From the NCBI RefSeq assembly GCF_001194135.2, contig NC_068985.1, forward strand, positions 69,179,580 to 69,243,579: a stretch of 64,000 bases of DNA, written 5' to 3'. Source of the DNA: Octopus bimaculoides. Taxonomy: Eukaryota. This document shows positions 1 to 12,135 of the stretch, piece by piece. The notes beneath the pieces are model-generated. The model had not been told where the DNA came from. It was given only the letters and a program-made list of their open reading frames with translations, and did not search any database. Each line of letters starts with the position of its first letter. The stretch's first letter is position 1. The translations under genes were made by a program, and so were the position numbers.

Positions 1-132
1 TATATATATATATATATATTTATCAGATTAAATAGACAACTGAAAGAGCTACAAATAGTTCGATGCTATTATGATACTTGAACAGGCATTTTCTTAAAAT
101 ACGCCGTGTATCTTAAAGCGATTTTTAAAAAA

Positions 133-845
133 TAGATGATAATGATGGCCGTCCACTTGTGACCGAGGAAGACCATTGCTGACCTTCAGGAACATTGTGC
201 ATTCTAGGAGTAACTTATATTTTGCATTTTCGGTTCCGTTGGTGGCTAATGAGCCCAGCTCTTGACAAGCATACACGACTGGAAACATTGCAAACCAAAC
301 TTTCCCCATTCACTATACGAGCCGTGCGCTTTCGCGTAGCTCGCTTAAGTTCTTCATGCTCGATACGTGCTCTCTCAAAAGTGTCAATATCCTCCTTTAC
401 CTGCTTCCTCCATCTGTAGCGATGACAGGCATTGTTCTCCCAGTCAGTGTCCTGCATAGCACAGGCCTTTAATGAGGACTTAACGCAGTCCTTACATCGC
501 AGCCTTGGTTTCTGCCGGAGTCTCCATCTATTCACAATTTCTCCACATAGCATCTGCTTAGAAATTCTGCTATCCTTCATTCTAATAAGGTGTCCAGCCC
601 AACGTAACCGCTGCTTGTGCACTATTGCCTCAATACTCAAGATATCAGCTATCCTCAGGACATTTGTGTGTCTGGAATTTTTGAGGTCCAGCCAGCATTG
701 AGAATATGTCTGAGACATCTCTGGTGAAACTTTTCAAGGACTCTTACCGGACGTTTGTACAGAGTCCATGTCTCACATGAGTAGAGGAGCGATGTCAGTA
801 CACATGCACGGTACACAGTAACTTTTGTTTGTCTTATATCTTTTA
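133..845 (-). mobile_element. RTE-clade LINE, 5'-truncated 3' fragment (frameshifted)
   Basis: ORFs 655..984 and 215..718 give TKVTVYRACVLTSLLYSCETWTLY..LEKFHQRCLRHIL and QRLRWAGHLIRM..RQKPRLRCKDCVK..CLSRAGLISHQR, the typical RTE post-RT region with terminal Zn-finger-like motif; short 3' UTR ends ~133. Confidence 0.9.
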
Positions 846-921
846 AATAGATAGACATGGCATATTTTGCCTTGCACCTTTTTAATAGAAAGATATGACA
901 TCTTTTAAATAGATAATTAGA

Positions 922-992
922 TACATACATACATACATACATACACACACATATATACATGTACACATACATACATGCATCCATACATACAC
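922..992. repeat. (TACA)n microsatellite
   Basis: Imperfect ATAC run. Confidence 0.9.
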
Positions 993-994
993 AC

Positions 995-1406
995 TAGGGC
1001 TGCTATATCGGGTGCTTCATGAGATCCGAGCCATTGATGTGAAAACACGAAAAATACTAGGAAACACACATAATTTCCACATAAACAGCGACGTAGACCG
1101 CCTCTACTTAAAACGAAAAGAATGCTGTAGTGGCTTAACATCAATGCAAAATGACTTTGAATGTCGTATTATATCCCTTCGGCATATCCCTCTTATGGTA
1201 ACTGGCGCTAATGTGTCTCCATCCCTTGCGGTAGCTTCGTTTTGATTCAATAATTTTCAAGGTTATGGCCCAGCTTGACCGATAAACGAGTAAAACATTA
1301 TATATATGCATATTAAGAACAATGTTAAACGAGTGAAGAACGAATATATAGAGCGTGTGATTATTTGGCAATGAAAAACAGAACATCCCAAAATATAACA
1401 ATATAT
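995..1406 (+). mobile_element. R4/Dong-like RLE LINE fragment running into gap
   Basis: IDVKTRKILGNTHNFHINSDVDRLYLKRKECCSGL matches the post-RT motif DRKTRK..HPKSDVDRLY..RKEGGRGL. Confidence 0.8.
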
Positions 1407-1898
1407 NNNNNNNNNNNNNNNNNNNNNNNNNNNNNNNNNNNNNNNNNNNNNNNNNNNNNNNNNNNNNNNNNNNNNNNNNNNNNNNNNNNNNNNNNNNNNN
1501 NNNNNNNNNNNNNNNNNNNNNNNNNNNNNNNNNNNNNNNNNNNNNNNNNNNNNNNNNNNNNNNNNNNNNNNNNNNNNNNNNNNNNNNNNNNNNNNNNNNN
1601 NNNNNNNNNNNNNNNNNNNNNNNNNNNNNNNNNNNNNNNNNNNNNNNNNNNNNNNNNNNNNNNNNNNNNNNNNNNNNNNNNNNNNNNNNNNNNNNNNNNN
1701 NNNNNNNNNNNNNNNNNNNNNNNNNNNNNNNNNNNNNNNNNNNNNNNNNNNNNNNNNNNNNNNNNNNNNNNNNNNNNNNNNNNNNNNNNNNNNNNNNNNN
1801 NNNNNNNNNNNNNNNNNNNNNNNNNNNNNNNNNNNNNNNNNNNNNNNNNNNNNNNNNNNNNNNNNNNNNNNNNNNNNNNNNNNNNNNNNNNNNNNNNN

Positions 1899-1948
1899 TA
1901 TATATATATATATATATATATACATACATATATATATATTTTACACAC

Positions 1949-2002
<54 letters not shown>

Positions 2003-2790
2003 GTATGTATATATCTATATATAAACATATGTATAAATAAATATAATATATACACACGCACATATGTGTGTGTATGTATGTATAAATATTATAACTTGAG
2101 CAAAATGCTGAAGGGCGCAAACAGTCGTATAATAAAAACACTAGCATACACAGTCATAGATAGTTACTAATATTAAGAAAATACATAGGCATGTAAAAAT
2201 CTTGATTTTATTCTTGTTTTTCAATTGAATTTGCAAGTAAAAATGAGATAGAAAAAATAATGTATTATTTTAATAAGCCTCTAATACACAAATGACACTC
2301 ACACACACAGAAATGCCCCACGCGTACATATATATGCATATAGAATTTTCTACATGTTTTTAAGCAAACTTTTTATGCGCGCGGGTGAATATGTACATAT
2401 ATGCATATATATGTATGTTTGTGTATATGTGCGTGTACGCGTGTATATATCTCTGCATGTATATGTATATATGTGTGCATATATATATACGTTAATGCAT
2501 ACTATTATATATATATATATATATAAATATATAGTCCGAATTGTGTCTGCACATATACATATACATATTTATGGATATATATATATACATACAGTTTTAT
2601 TCATAAAATGCGAAAAGTTTTATAAATGTGTACACATGCATACACATATTCATATATACATATATGCATAATTTTCCATATATATATGTATATACACATA
2701 CACACACACACACATATAAGTCTACTTGTATATGTTTACATACTCATAGGCGTATTTGCATATGGATATATATATATTCCTGTACGATTG
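1899..2790. repeat. (TA)n/(TG)n/(CA)n low-complexity tract
   Basis: Direct inspection. Confidence 0.9.
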
Positions 2791-3949
2791 TATACGAAAA
2801 TGTAAACACTATAGGCTGAATGAGAAAATATTAATTTCGTTTACCAGATGTTTTAGAGCTTCAACAAAGATATGTCACCATTAAGAAATATGTTTCTAGA
2901 ATGCGTTTTTACTGCTTAAAATCTGCAAAGAGAATACTTACAAAGTATACAACACTAAGTATATAAAACACTGAAACAAATATTTTGAGATATTATTGTG
3001 CATTTCTTGTGAAACGAGACATTCTATGTCTTTGTGTTTATATATCTAACTACTGCATTATCTGCCGCTGTCTGATTCACTCTCTTAGCATCATAGATAT
3101 ACGTAAAAACGTAGAAATTGTATCTGATATAGCTGGCTGCGTCTATGTATGTTTATATATATATAATAATAATAATAATAAGAAGAAGAAGAAGAATAGG
3201 GACAAAATCCAAAATTACAGGTAAAAACTCAATTAAAATCAATTTATAAAAAATTAAAATTAAATTGAGCTTTACAGAGTAAAATATATATAAATATATA
3301 GTTTTAGGGAAAAGAACCAATGTGATAATTTTAATTTTTCTATATGTGACAGTGGATTTTCATCGATGAGTTCATGAACCTTGGTTCTTTTCCCTAAAAC
3401 TAAATATATATATATATATATANNNNNNNNNNNNNNNNNNNNNNNNNNNNNNNNNNNNNNNNNNNNNNNNNNNNNNNNNNNNNNNNNNNNNNNNNNNNNN
3501 NNNNNNNNNNNNNNNNNNNNNNNNNNNNNNNNNNNNNNNNNNNNNNNNNNNNNNNNNNNNNNNNNNNNNNNNNNNNNNNNNNNNNNNNNNNNNNNNNNNN
3601 NNNNNNNNNNNNNNNNNNNNNNNNNNNNNNNNNNNNNNNNNNNNNNNNNNNNNNNNNNNNNNNNNNNNNNNNNNNNNNNNNNNNNNNNNNNNNNNNNNNN
3701 NNNNNNNNNNNNNNNNNNNNNNNNNNNNNNNNNNNNNNNNNNNNNNNNNNNNNNNNNNNNNNNNNNNNNNNNNNNNNNNNNNNNNNNNNNNNNNNNNNNN
3801 NNNNNNNNNNNNNNNNNNNNNNNCTTTCTAAGACATCTCAACGCTTCTAAAAGCAAACTTCATTTGTTTTTTTACGTTTGTCGTAATTTGAATTTAGTAT
3901 ATATATATATATATATGTATATATCGTGTGTCGGTAATCATAGATATAA

Positions 3950-4294
3950 ATGGTAAATACCCCCATCCGGTCATGAATTACCATGGGATTGCACCTAGAA
4001 TGTTACACTCCGAGGAACAAGTCCGGTCGTGGTTTTCTTTTTATGGGAGACTCGCAATTACTCATGCATACCAGCTTCCCCGCTCAATGCCATCGATGTT
4101 ATACAAGGAAAAGGGAAAGACCGATACCTATTGGCACCAGTGATGTCGTAACTCATTTCTACAGGTGTGTGAACTGGAGGAACGTGAAATGAAGTTTCTT
4201 GCACATGAACACTTCTCCTATCCCAGTCCGGTAATAGAACTCAGTACTTCATGATTGTGAGCCCAACACTCTAACTACTTCACCATGCACATTC
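3950..4294 (-). mobile_element. tRNA-derived SINE
   Basis: Minus strand starts with a tRNA-like head; body GAACTGGAGGAACGTGAAATGAAGTTTCTTGC is shared with copies at 28915 and 61345. Confidence 0.8.
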
Positions 4295-5340
4295 ACAAAC
4301 ATGCAGATACACACATATATGTGTATGTGTCCAAGTATATCTTTCGTCCATGAGTCAGCATTTGTCATTTTGTGACCTCTATTGGACACACTGGCTAATA
4401 CGATTGTTCCCTGAATTTTATCCCGTTAAGTTCATGGAAGAAGAATTATTCTGTTGCATGTAATACAAGATTGATTTGGTCAAAATCTATTCATGAAAAT
4501 TTTTTTTCAGAACTGCCAAGTCTTTCATACATGTAAAGTCTATATTTTCTCTGCACTTGTATTAATTTTTCTTTTAATTGCGCTGGAATAAAAGATCTTT
4601 ACGACATGAATCTATCTGTGGAAATGTAACATAATTTGCAGAGGTGTAGAAATATTTATCACACAAAAAGAATTTTAAGAGGGGAGCAATGCCTAATAGA
4701 TTGTTTAAATCATTCGCATTTGAATGTTGTGCACTGAGTCAGTTTTCATAGGACTACAGGTTAAACAGTCGGCATAAAACTATGAAGTAAAAAGAGTGAT
4801 CAAATCCTTGAGTTAACGCCTAATGTAATTTTGAATCATCTGATTCCTGTTACTTACGGAAACACTTGCCTATTATATTAAGTTAAGCTTTCTCAAAAGA
4901 GCTAAGGTAGAGGACCCAAATACTCAAAGATGCTGCATGTGTGTTGTCGCAGAAAATACTTATGGGTTTAAAATTGATCACATTTGAAATTGATTAAACG
5001 TAGATCTTTATAATTGTGAGCGAACTTATGGTGTGTGTGGTGTGTGTGTGTGTGTTTGTACGTGTGTGTGTGTTTGTACACGTGTGTGTGTTCATATATC
5101 TGCATTTATATGAACACACACATCTGGACAAATTTATGATGGTCAGTATCGGCAATTGGAACAATCGTTCGATGACCGGAAGATAATGGTCATTGTGAAT
5201 ATTATTTAGATAACCGTATTCAAGATTTCATTAAACGTAGAGGCATGACAAGTTAATCATCTGTATAAATTGCTTCATTTTTTATCTCTACTTTCTATCT
5301 TATTGTAAGATTATACATTACTATATATATATATAGAATA

Positions 5341-5491
5341 TTTACTCTTTACTCTTGTACTTGTTCCAGTCATTTGACTGTGGCCATGTTGGAACACCGC
5401 CTTTAGACGAGCAAATCCACCCCAGCATCGGTTGTCAAGCGATGTTGGGGGGACATATACAGACACAGAAACGTATACACACGCATACATC

Positions 5492-5541
<50 letters not shown>

Positions 5542-5693
5542 GACGGGGTTCCTTCAGTTTCCGTCTACCAAATCCACTCACAAGGCTTTAGCTCGCCCGA
5601 GGGTATAGTAGAAGACACTTGCCCAAGGTGCCACGCAGTTGGACTGAACCAGGAACCATGTTGTTCGTAAGCAACCTACTTACCACATGACCG
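5341..5693 (-). mobile_element. tRNA-derived SINE, internally deleted copy
   Basis: Colinear with 6056..6445 (CTACCAAATCCACTCACAAGGCTT, GACACTTGCCCAAGGTGCCACGCAG), internal (TA)n, lacks 83 bp. Confidence 0.9.
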
Positions 5694-5720
5694 CTGACTG
5701 GACACTATTCAATTGTTTTT

Positions 5721-6042
5721 CTCCGTGTTTTTCTCCTTGTCTCCATATTGTTTCTGTTGAAGAGCGTAGCTCGAAATGTAAAAGACTTTCCGTATTCCCG
5801 AGCGTCATACTAATACATCCTTTTGTTGTTTACACCACCTGTCCTCGTCTGTTGTTGTTTTTTTCGTACATTCACCCATATATATATGGGAGAATATACA
5901 AAAAATAACAACAGACGAGGACAGGTGGTGTAAATAACAAAAGTATATATTAGTATGACGCTCGGGAATACGGAAAGTCTTTGACGTTTCGAGCTACGCT
6001 CTTCAACAGAAAGAATACGGAGACAAGGAGAAAAACACGGAG
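5721..6042. mobile_element. 322-bp foldback palindrome, probably derived from a Penelope-like terminal repeat
   Basis: Arms CTCCGTGTTTTTCTCC.. / ..GGAGAAAAACACGGAG are reverse complements with only scattered mismatches; centre CCCATATATATATGGG; each arm has a CTGTTGA..GAAA core. Confidence 0.85.
5978..6014 (-). ncRNA. Minimal type I hammerhead-like motif (A6>U variant)
   Basis: Minus strand reads TCTTT-CTGTTGA-A-GAGC GTA GCTC-GAAAC-GTC-AAAGA. Confidence 0.5.
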
Positions 6043-6055
6043 TATATATATATAT

Positions 6056-6445
6056 ACTCTTACTTGTTTTAGTCGTTTGACTGCGGCCATGTTGGAGCAC
6101 CACCTTTAGTCGAACAAATCGACCCCAGGACTTATTCTTTGTAAGCCTAGTACTTATTCTATCGGTCTCTTTTTGCCGAACCGCTAAGTTACGGGGACCT
6201 AAACACACCAGCATCGGTTGTCAAGCGATAGTGGGGGGACAAACTCCGACACGCAAACACGCATACATATATATATATATATATATACGACGGGCTTCTT
6301 TCAGTTTCCGTCTACCAAATCCACTCACAAGGCTTTGGTCGGCCCGAGGCTATAGTAGAAGACACTTGCCCAAGGTGCCACGCAGTGGGACTGAAACCGG
6401 AACCATGTGGTTGGTAAGCAAGCTACTTACCACACAGCCACTCCT
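6056..6445 (-). mobile_element. tRNA-derived SINE, near full length
   Basis: Minus-strand head GGAGTGGCTGTGTGGTAAGTAGCTTGCTTACCAACCACATGGTTCCGG with A/B-box-like motifs, then CCTTGGGCAAG core and internal (TA)n. Confidence 0.9.
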
Positions 6446-6699
6446 ACACACACACATATATATCGTTATATTAGAGAACCACTTCGCTGACTCTTAGGGT
6501 AATACATCCAAGCGTAAAGTTGCCGAGAGTAGACTGGAGAGGCGATTCCTTGATTCGTTTTTATCATCCTTCCTGCCTTCCTCCACACACTGGATGTTGT
6601 ACATGTTTTCACTTGTGTTTAACTGCTGCATGCAACAGTTAATACTGCCGTGAAGAATCTATATATTACTTCCTCTCTAATCTTGAAGCGTGAAGGATT

Positions 6700-7120
6700 T
6701 ATATATCGAGTGATTCAAAATATGCAAATATCTTTTGATGAATTGCTGTTGATAGAAAACTATAGGCCAATTTTGCGTACTTGCAAAATTGTGGAGCGTC
6801 TCTAAATCATTGTGAATTCTCATAGAGCTAACACGAAATTCCGTGAAAATACCACTGCAAGCTTATTTGTAAAACTTCGTCGACTTTCCATACTCTTCAA
6901 TGTCAACGCAACCAAAAAACAGGATGCTGCGATAATATCTTCAATCAGGCTACAGCTATTTAAAAAAAAATTTATTGTAGATATATTCTTTGCTCTATGC
7001 GTATCACATAAGTTTCTCAAACTTGATTTCAACCAGCTGGAACATAGCTGAACAAATCGCAACACTATGATATCCCGCTCTGACTGTAAACCGCAACATT
7101 CGAATCTCAAGTACTGACCT
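6700..7120 (-). mobile_element. Possible highly decayed Tc1/mariner relic
   Basis: TATATCGAGTGATTCAAAA near 6703 resembles TACAGGGTGATTCAAAA-type termini; peptide similarity is weak. Confidence 0.2.
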
Positions 7121-8399
7121 ATATACATAAATGCAAGCATCCCATCACACACACACACACACACGTGTGTGTGTGTGTGTGTATGCATGTTCAGGTAAGT
7201 GTATGTCTAATATTGTTGTTGTTAAGTGAGTTTTAAGGAATTAATACATAAAAAACACTTTCAAATATGCACTCAGTCTTAGACATAAAGAATACTGCAA
7301 TAGTTACCTCTGATATGGCTTTGTAGTCCATAGAAGAACTTTTGGATACTAGTGGGCTTATTGAAAGATAAATAAATAGTGACAGAAGCCATGGTACACC
7401 ATATGAGAGGGTGTTTTATTGTAACTATTGCGCCACTGTATGTTCTAATTCAACATCCACTTTTATGTAGTGTTAAATATTACATTTTCGTATTGACACT
7501 GATTCTGTGTGTTGCCAGCAGAACTGCCGCTGCTTTTTACAGAGGTAAAGCGTCTGCCATTGACAAGGCCGAGAAGGCCGAAATTACGTGATCTTGTAGT
7601 GCTGGCATCAGCGATGGCGGTGATAGTTTCTCAACTGGAATGTAAACTCGAGTGCTTACAAAAGCACACATAAATATAAGATAGATAAATCAGTTAGCCT
7701 TGAGTCATATATTTACATGGAGCAAATATTCGAGTTCATAGAAAAAAAGAAAAATAATATATAATGTCAAAAGCCATTACGTAATGTGAACCCGGAGTTG
7801 CTCCTGGGGGTGATTTATCATTAAAAAGGAGAGAATTTCTTCTAAATTAATGTAGGTTGAAGAACATGCATATGTAACGCTTAAGTTTAAATTTTTAATC
7901 TATTTTTTGTCTTACATAAAATAATATTATGTTCTCAAAATGTTTAGTTCTTTGTAACCGCGTATAGCACTAGTTCATCTTTGGGATTTTCGGCGCCGCA
8001 CAACTCGCAAGACAAATTACTTAAGCTAAATTCAACATTCTACGAGTATTCTAAAAATTGGAGAAAATAGTTTAAAGAGACATAGACGCTATTATTATTG
8101 AGTGGTTCAGTTTTCACTTAACTCTTCCCAGATCATACCCCCAAATTGTCTCCTGTAGTATATCACTGAAAGTGATCTTCCAGATCACAAAAATCAGTGG
8201 GGACACCTTGTAACTCGGGAAGAATTCATCTCTTGATTTCCACCTTTACTTACACCTGATTCCTTGCTGTCAATTCAGTTCTCCAACATAACATATCGTT
8301 CCATACAAGGAGTCTCGTGTTTTCTGCTACTCCATATATTTCCATTTTCTTGTTATACAGGAGCGTGGTGTCATATCGTATGCTTTGCAATAGTTAATC

Positions 8400-8443
8400 T
8401 ATGATCATCATCATAATTATTATTATTAGTATTATTCTTATTA

Positions 8444-8526
<83 letters not shown>

Positions 8527-8557
8527 GTTATTATCATTATTATTATTATTATTATTA
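8400..8557. repeat. Compound (ATT)n/(ATC)n microsatellite at LINE 3' end
   Basis: Direct inspection. Confidence 0.95.
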
Positions 8558-10178
8558 CCATTCAGTAGTTTTATTTTATAGCGTGCTTTCATTTGACTAC
8601 CGAGCGCAGCTCTGTGTGACTTGGGTATGTGCTGTGGTTCGCTGTGATGCTCTCATGGTTACTGTATTGAAAGTGTTTTGCTTAGGATGTGTGCAGTGCC
8701 CAGTAGTGCAATTCTTAGCGTGTTATATATACTTCTAAGTCCTGGTATTTTTGTAATGTATTTGTCTGAATATTTTCTAGCATACCTAATTCGCCTACTA
8801 TGATAGGAATTATTTCTATTTTTAGATTCCAGATTCGAGTTACCTCTATTTCCAGGTCTTTGTATTTTGAAAGGCTTTCCATTTCTTTTAGAGAAACGTT
8901 GTCATCTGCTGGTATTGATACATCAATTACAAATAATTTTTGTTTTCTTCATGATCTCGGACAACTATATCTGGCGTATTGGCCTTAATTTCTCTATCTG
9001 TGTGTATTGCCATATCCCAGAGTATGGTTGTTTTCTCGTTTTCTGTGACCTTTTCTGGCGTGTGCTTATACGATCATTTTTCTGTTGTTATCCGATAGTG
9101 TTGGCATAGCTCCCAGTGCATGTAGGTCCCAGCTCTGTCGTGTCTATGAATATATTCCTTCTTAGCGAGGACTGGGCAGCCACAGATAATATGGTTTATT
9201 GTTTCTTGTCCATCGCCACATATTCTGCAGTTAATTGTTACGTTTCTTTTCATTATATGTTTTTGGTAATTTCTGGTAGGCAGGCTTTGGTCTTGTGCTG
9301 CAATTAAAAATCCTTCAGTCTCTGCTTTGAGTCCTTTGCTTTTCAACCATTGCTGGAATTTTTCTCTGTCTATTTCTTTTGCATTTAGCTTAGCCCAGTA
9401 TTTGCCATCGTTTTATTATGGTCCGTTGCTATGGTAGTTTAAGTTCGGATTTCATTTGTTTTACAGCTTCTTCTTCTTCTTCTTCTTCTTCTTCTTCTTC
9501 TTCTTCTTCTTCTTCTTCTTCTTCTTCTTCTTCTTCTTCTTCTTCTTCTTCTTCTTCTTCTTCTTCTCCTTCTTCTTCTTCATATTTATTTGGTAGTATG
9601 ATCTCTTTCTTGTATTTGTGAGCTTCCTTAAATACTGAAAACAGTTTTTTGGTTTGCTCCTGTTTTGTGGCTATTTGTATTAGTTTTGCTTGCTACTGAA
9701 GTAGGTATTTTTGCAGTCCTATAGTGGTTATTTTATTATAGATTTTCAGCTGTATAAGGCCTCTACCATTTTCTGCACGTTGTATATAAAGCCTTCCTAT
9801 GCAAGATTTTGTGTGGTGCATCCTAGATCCTGTCATTATTTTTCTTGTTTTCCTTTCTATTTTGGTTAGGATATTGTCGCTGTAACTGGGATGGCTAAAG
9901 TGTTAACTATTATCTTGTTTTTAGCATTTAGCACTGTTTTCAGTATTGATCTAACTCGTCTATAGTATTCTGTCTTTATTTTCTCTTTCATTTGTATGTG
10001 TTGTATCCTATCTACTTTATTGATTCCTAAATATTTGTATGTCTGGATTTGGTCTAATTCTCTTATTTCATTGGCTTTATCTAGTGTGATGTCTTAACTA
10101 GTTTTCCTCTTTTCAGGGTTGCTTTGGCACATTTTTCTAATCCACATTTCATATCTATTCCTTTGGTAAATGCATGTA
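8558..10178 (-). mobile_element. R4/Dong-like LINE, 5'-truncated, ~1.6 kb
   Basis: DMKCGLEKCAKATLK at the 5' end, GLKAETEGFLIAAQDQSLPTRNY, CCHC knuckle CRICGDGQETINHIICGC, RHD, PDIVV..IDVSIP..KYKDLEIE restriction-like endonuclease, LGTAHIL..TLSIQ stop, 3' UTR; stops and frameshifts present. Confidence 0.93.
9467..9580. repeat. (TTC)n expansion inside the LINE ORF
   Basis: Near-pure TCT run (GAA on the element's coding strand). Confidence 0.95.
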
Positions 10179-10303
<125 letters not shown>

Positions 10304-10307
10304 CGAA

Positions 10308-10520
10308 AAGGCGGAGAGTTGGCAGAATCTCTAGCATGCCGAAAAAATGCTTAGCGGCATTTAGTCTGCCGTTATGCTCTGAGTTCAAACTATGCTGTGG
10401 TCGACTTTGCTTTTCATCCTTTCGGTGTCGATAAATTAAATACCAGTAAAACACTGAGGTCGATGTATTTGATTCATTCACTGCCCCAAAATTGTTGCTC
10501 TTGTGGCAAAATTTGAACCC
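10308..10520 (+). mobile_element. tRNA-derived SINE (second family)
   Basis: GGCGGAGAGTTGGCAGAATC head, GAGTTCAAA B-box-like, GTCGACTTTGCTTTTCATCCTTTCGGTGTCGATAAA core; related copies at 27493 and 27992. Confidence 0.85.
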
Positions 10521-11857
10521 TTGTGGAAACCACCGTTGTTTTTGCACTAACCGTTCTAAATCTTTAACTGTTTAATAGTAGCGAAAAGTGGAAAGATCGG
10601 TATTTGACACTCTACTCTAGAAAAGGTTGGACTAATCTACTTTAAGAGTTTCCTCTGGATTTTTTCCCTGCTCTCGCACCAGTGACATTATGCACAGAAA
10701 ACCTATTGATGTGGTTGTAATGTAAGATTGGGCAATTGAAAGAACTTTTGAGGTTTTGCCTATTGGGGTTTGGCCTATTGAAAGAACTACCATCACATAA
10801 TGCTTTTCATTATTTAGATTCCTCATTCCTTTATAAGCTTTATTTTGTACTGCATGAAAGTTTATGCCTCAAACGTAACTGTATTTAATAATCTTATTTC
10901 ATCCATAACAGTTCCGTTTGGATTGTTGTAGTTGTTGTTATAGTTACTTCTGATGTGGACCTGGCTCTGCATAAGGAATTTGGAATTTATGTTCAAATTC
11001 ATTCGAGCATTACTGCTCGTTATCTATCCTGAGCTTATTTTACTGTCGCCTCACTGTATCTTTGTCTGTATGTATGTATGCATATATATATATATATATA
11101 TATANNNNNNNNNNNNNNNNNNNNNNNNNNNNNNNNNNNNNNNNNNNNNNNNNNNNNNNNNNNNNNNNNNNNNNNNNNNNNNNNNNNNNNNNNNNNNNNN
11201 NNNNNNNNNNNNNNNNNNNNNNNNNNNNNNNNNNNNNNNNNNNNNNNNNNNNNNNNNNNNNNNNNNNNNNNNNNNNNNNNNNNNNNNNNNNNNNNNNNNT
11301 ATATATAAGTTTGTATATATTTATGCGTGTATCTTTATATGTAATGGCGATATACTTGTCGATGTGCATTTGTATGTTCATTTTGTCATGAATCAGATTA
11401 GATCTACTATCCAATTGCAGTTTGTTATTTCTTATTTTGTGTGACACATGTATGTATATATGACTCAATGTGTGCGCAGGCAGCTTAATTCTCTCCCGTT
11501 TCTTCGCGTGTTTTGGATGTGCTAGCCATCAACTAAGAAATGCAACAAAGAGAATTTCTATTACAATTTCATGTTTCTTGATATATTCTCTTCATTTTGG
11601 GTAGGATGTGGTGTCGGATTATTTCACGGGAGGAAAGCAAAGTAAAAGAAAATGAAACTAAGAGAGCATAACACAACGTTTTCTATTGTGTTATTGACAT
11701 AAAATTTTACATTATGAAAAGAGAAGGTAATATTTTAAGCATAAGACATTCTTCAGCATTTTGGTGAGAGTGTAATATATATCTTTATGTGTCTATATAT
11801 ATGCATATATATATNNNNNNNNNNNNNNNNNNNNNNNNNNNNNNNNNNNNNNNNNNN

Positions 11858-11861
11858 GTGT

Positions 11862-11906
<45 letters not shown>

Positions 11907-11920
11907 TGTGTGTGTGTGTG
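11858..11920. repeat. (GT)n microsatellite
   Basis: Direct inspection. Confidence 0.95.
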
Positions 11921-12017
11921 TTTATTTATATGAATGCATGAATACATAAATTTCTCCGTCAATTTATTTTTGTTTTTTGTTTTAGGAATGATTTTACGTG
12001 TTTTCGTACAGTTGAAA

Positions 12018-12040
12018 ACTACTACTGCTGCTGCTGCCAT

Positions 12041-12098
<58 letters not shown>

Positions 12099-12135
12099 GC
12101 TGGTGCTGCTGCTGCTGCTGCTGCCATTACTATTA
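12018..12135. repeat. Compound (CTA)n/(CTG)n microsatellite
   Basis: Direct inspection. Confidence 0.95.

Noticed and set aside
7020-7650. TTCAACCAGCTG (miR-133 3' half) and TGGAATGTAAA (miR-1 5' half) ~600 bp apart
   Set aside because: Only 11-12 nt match each; the miR-133 seed is absent, the miR-1 3' half does not match, and no precursor hairpin is evident.
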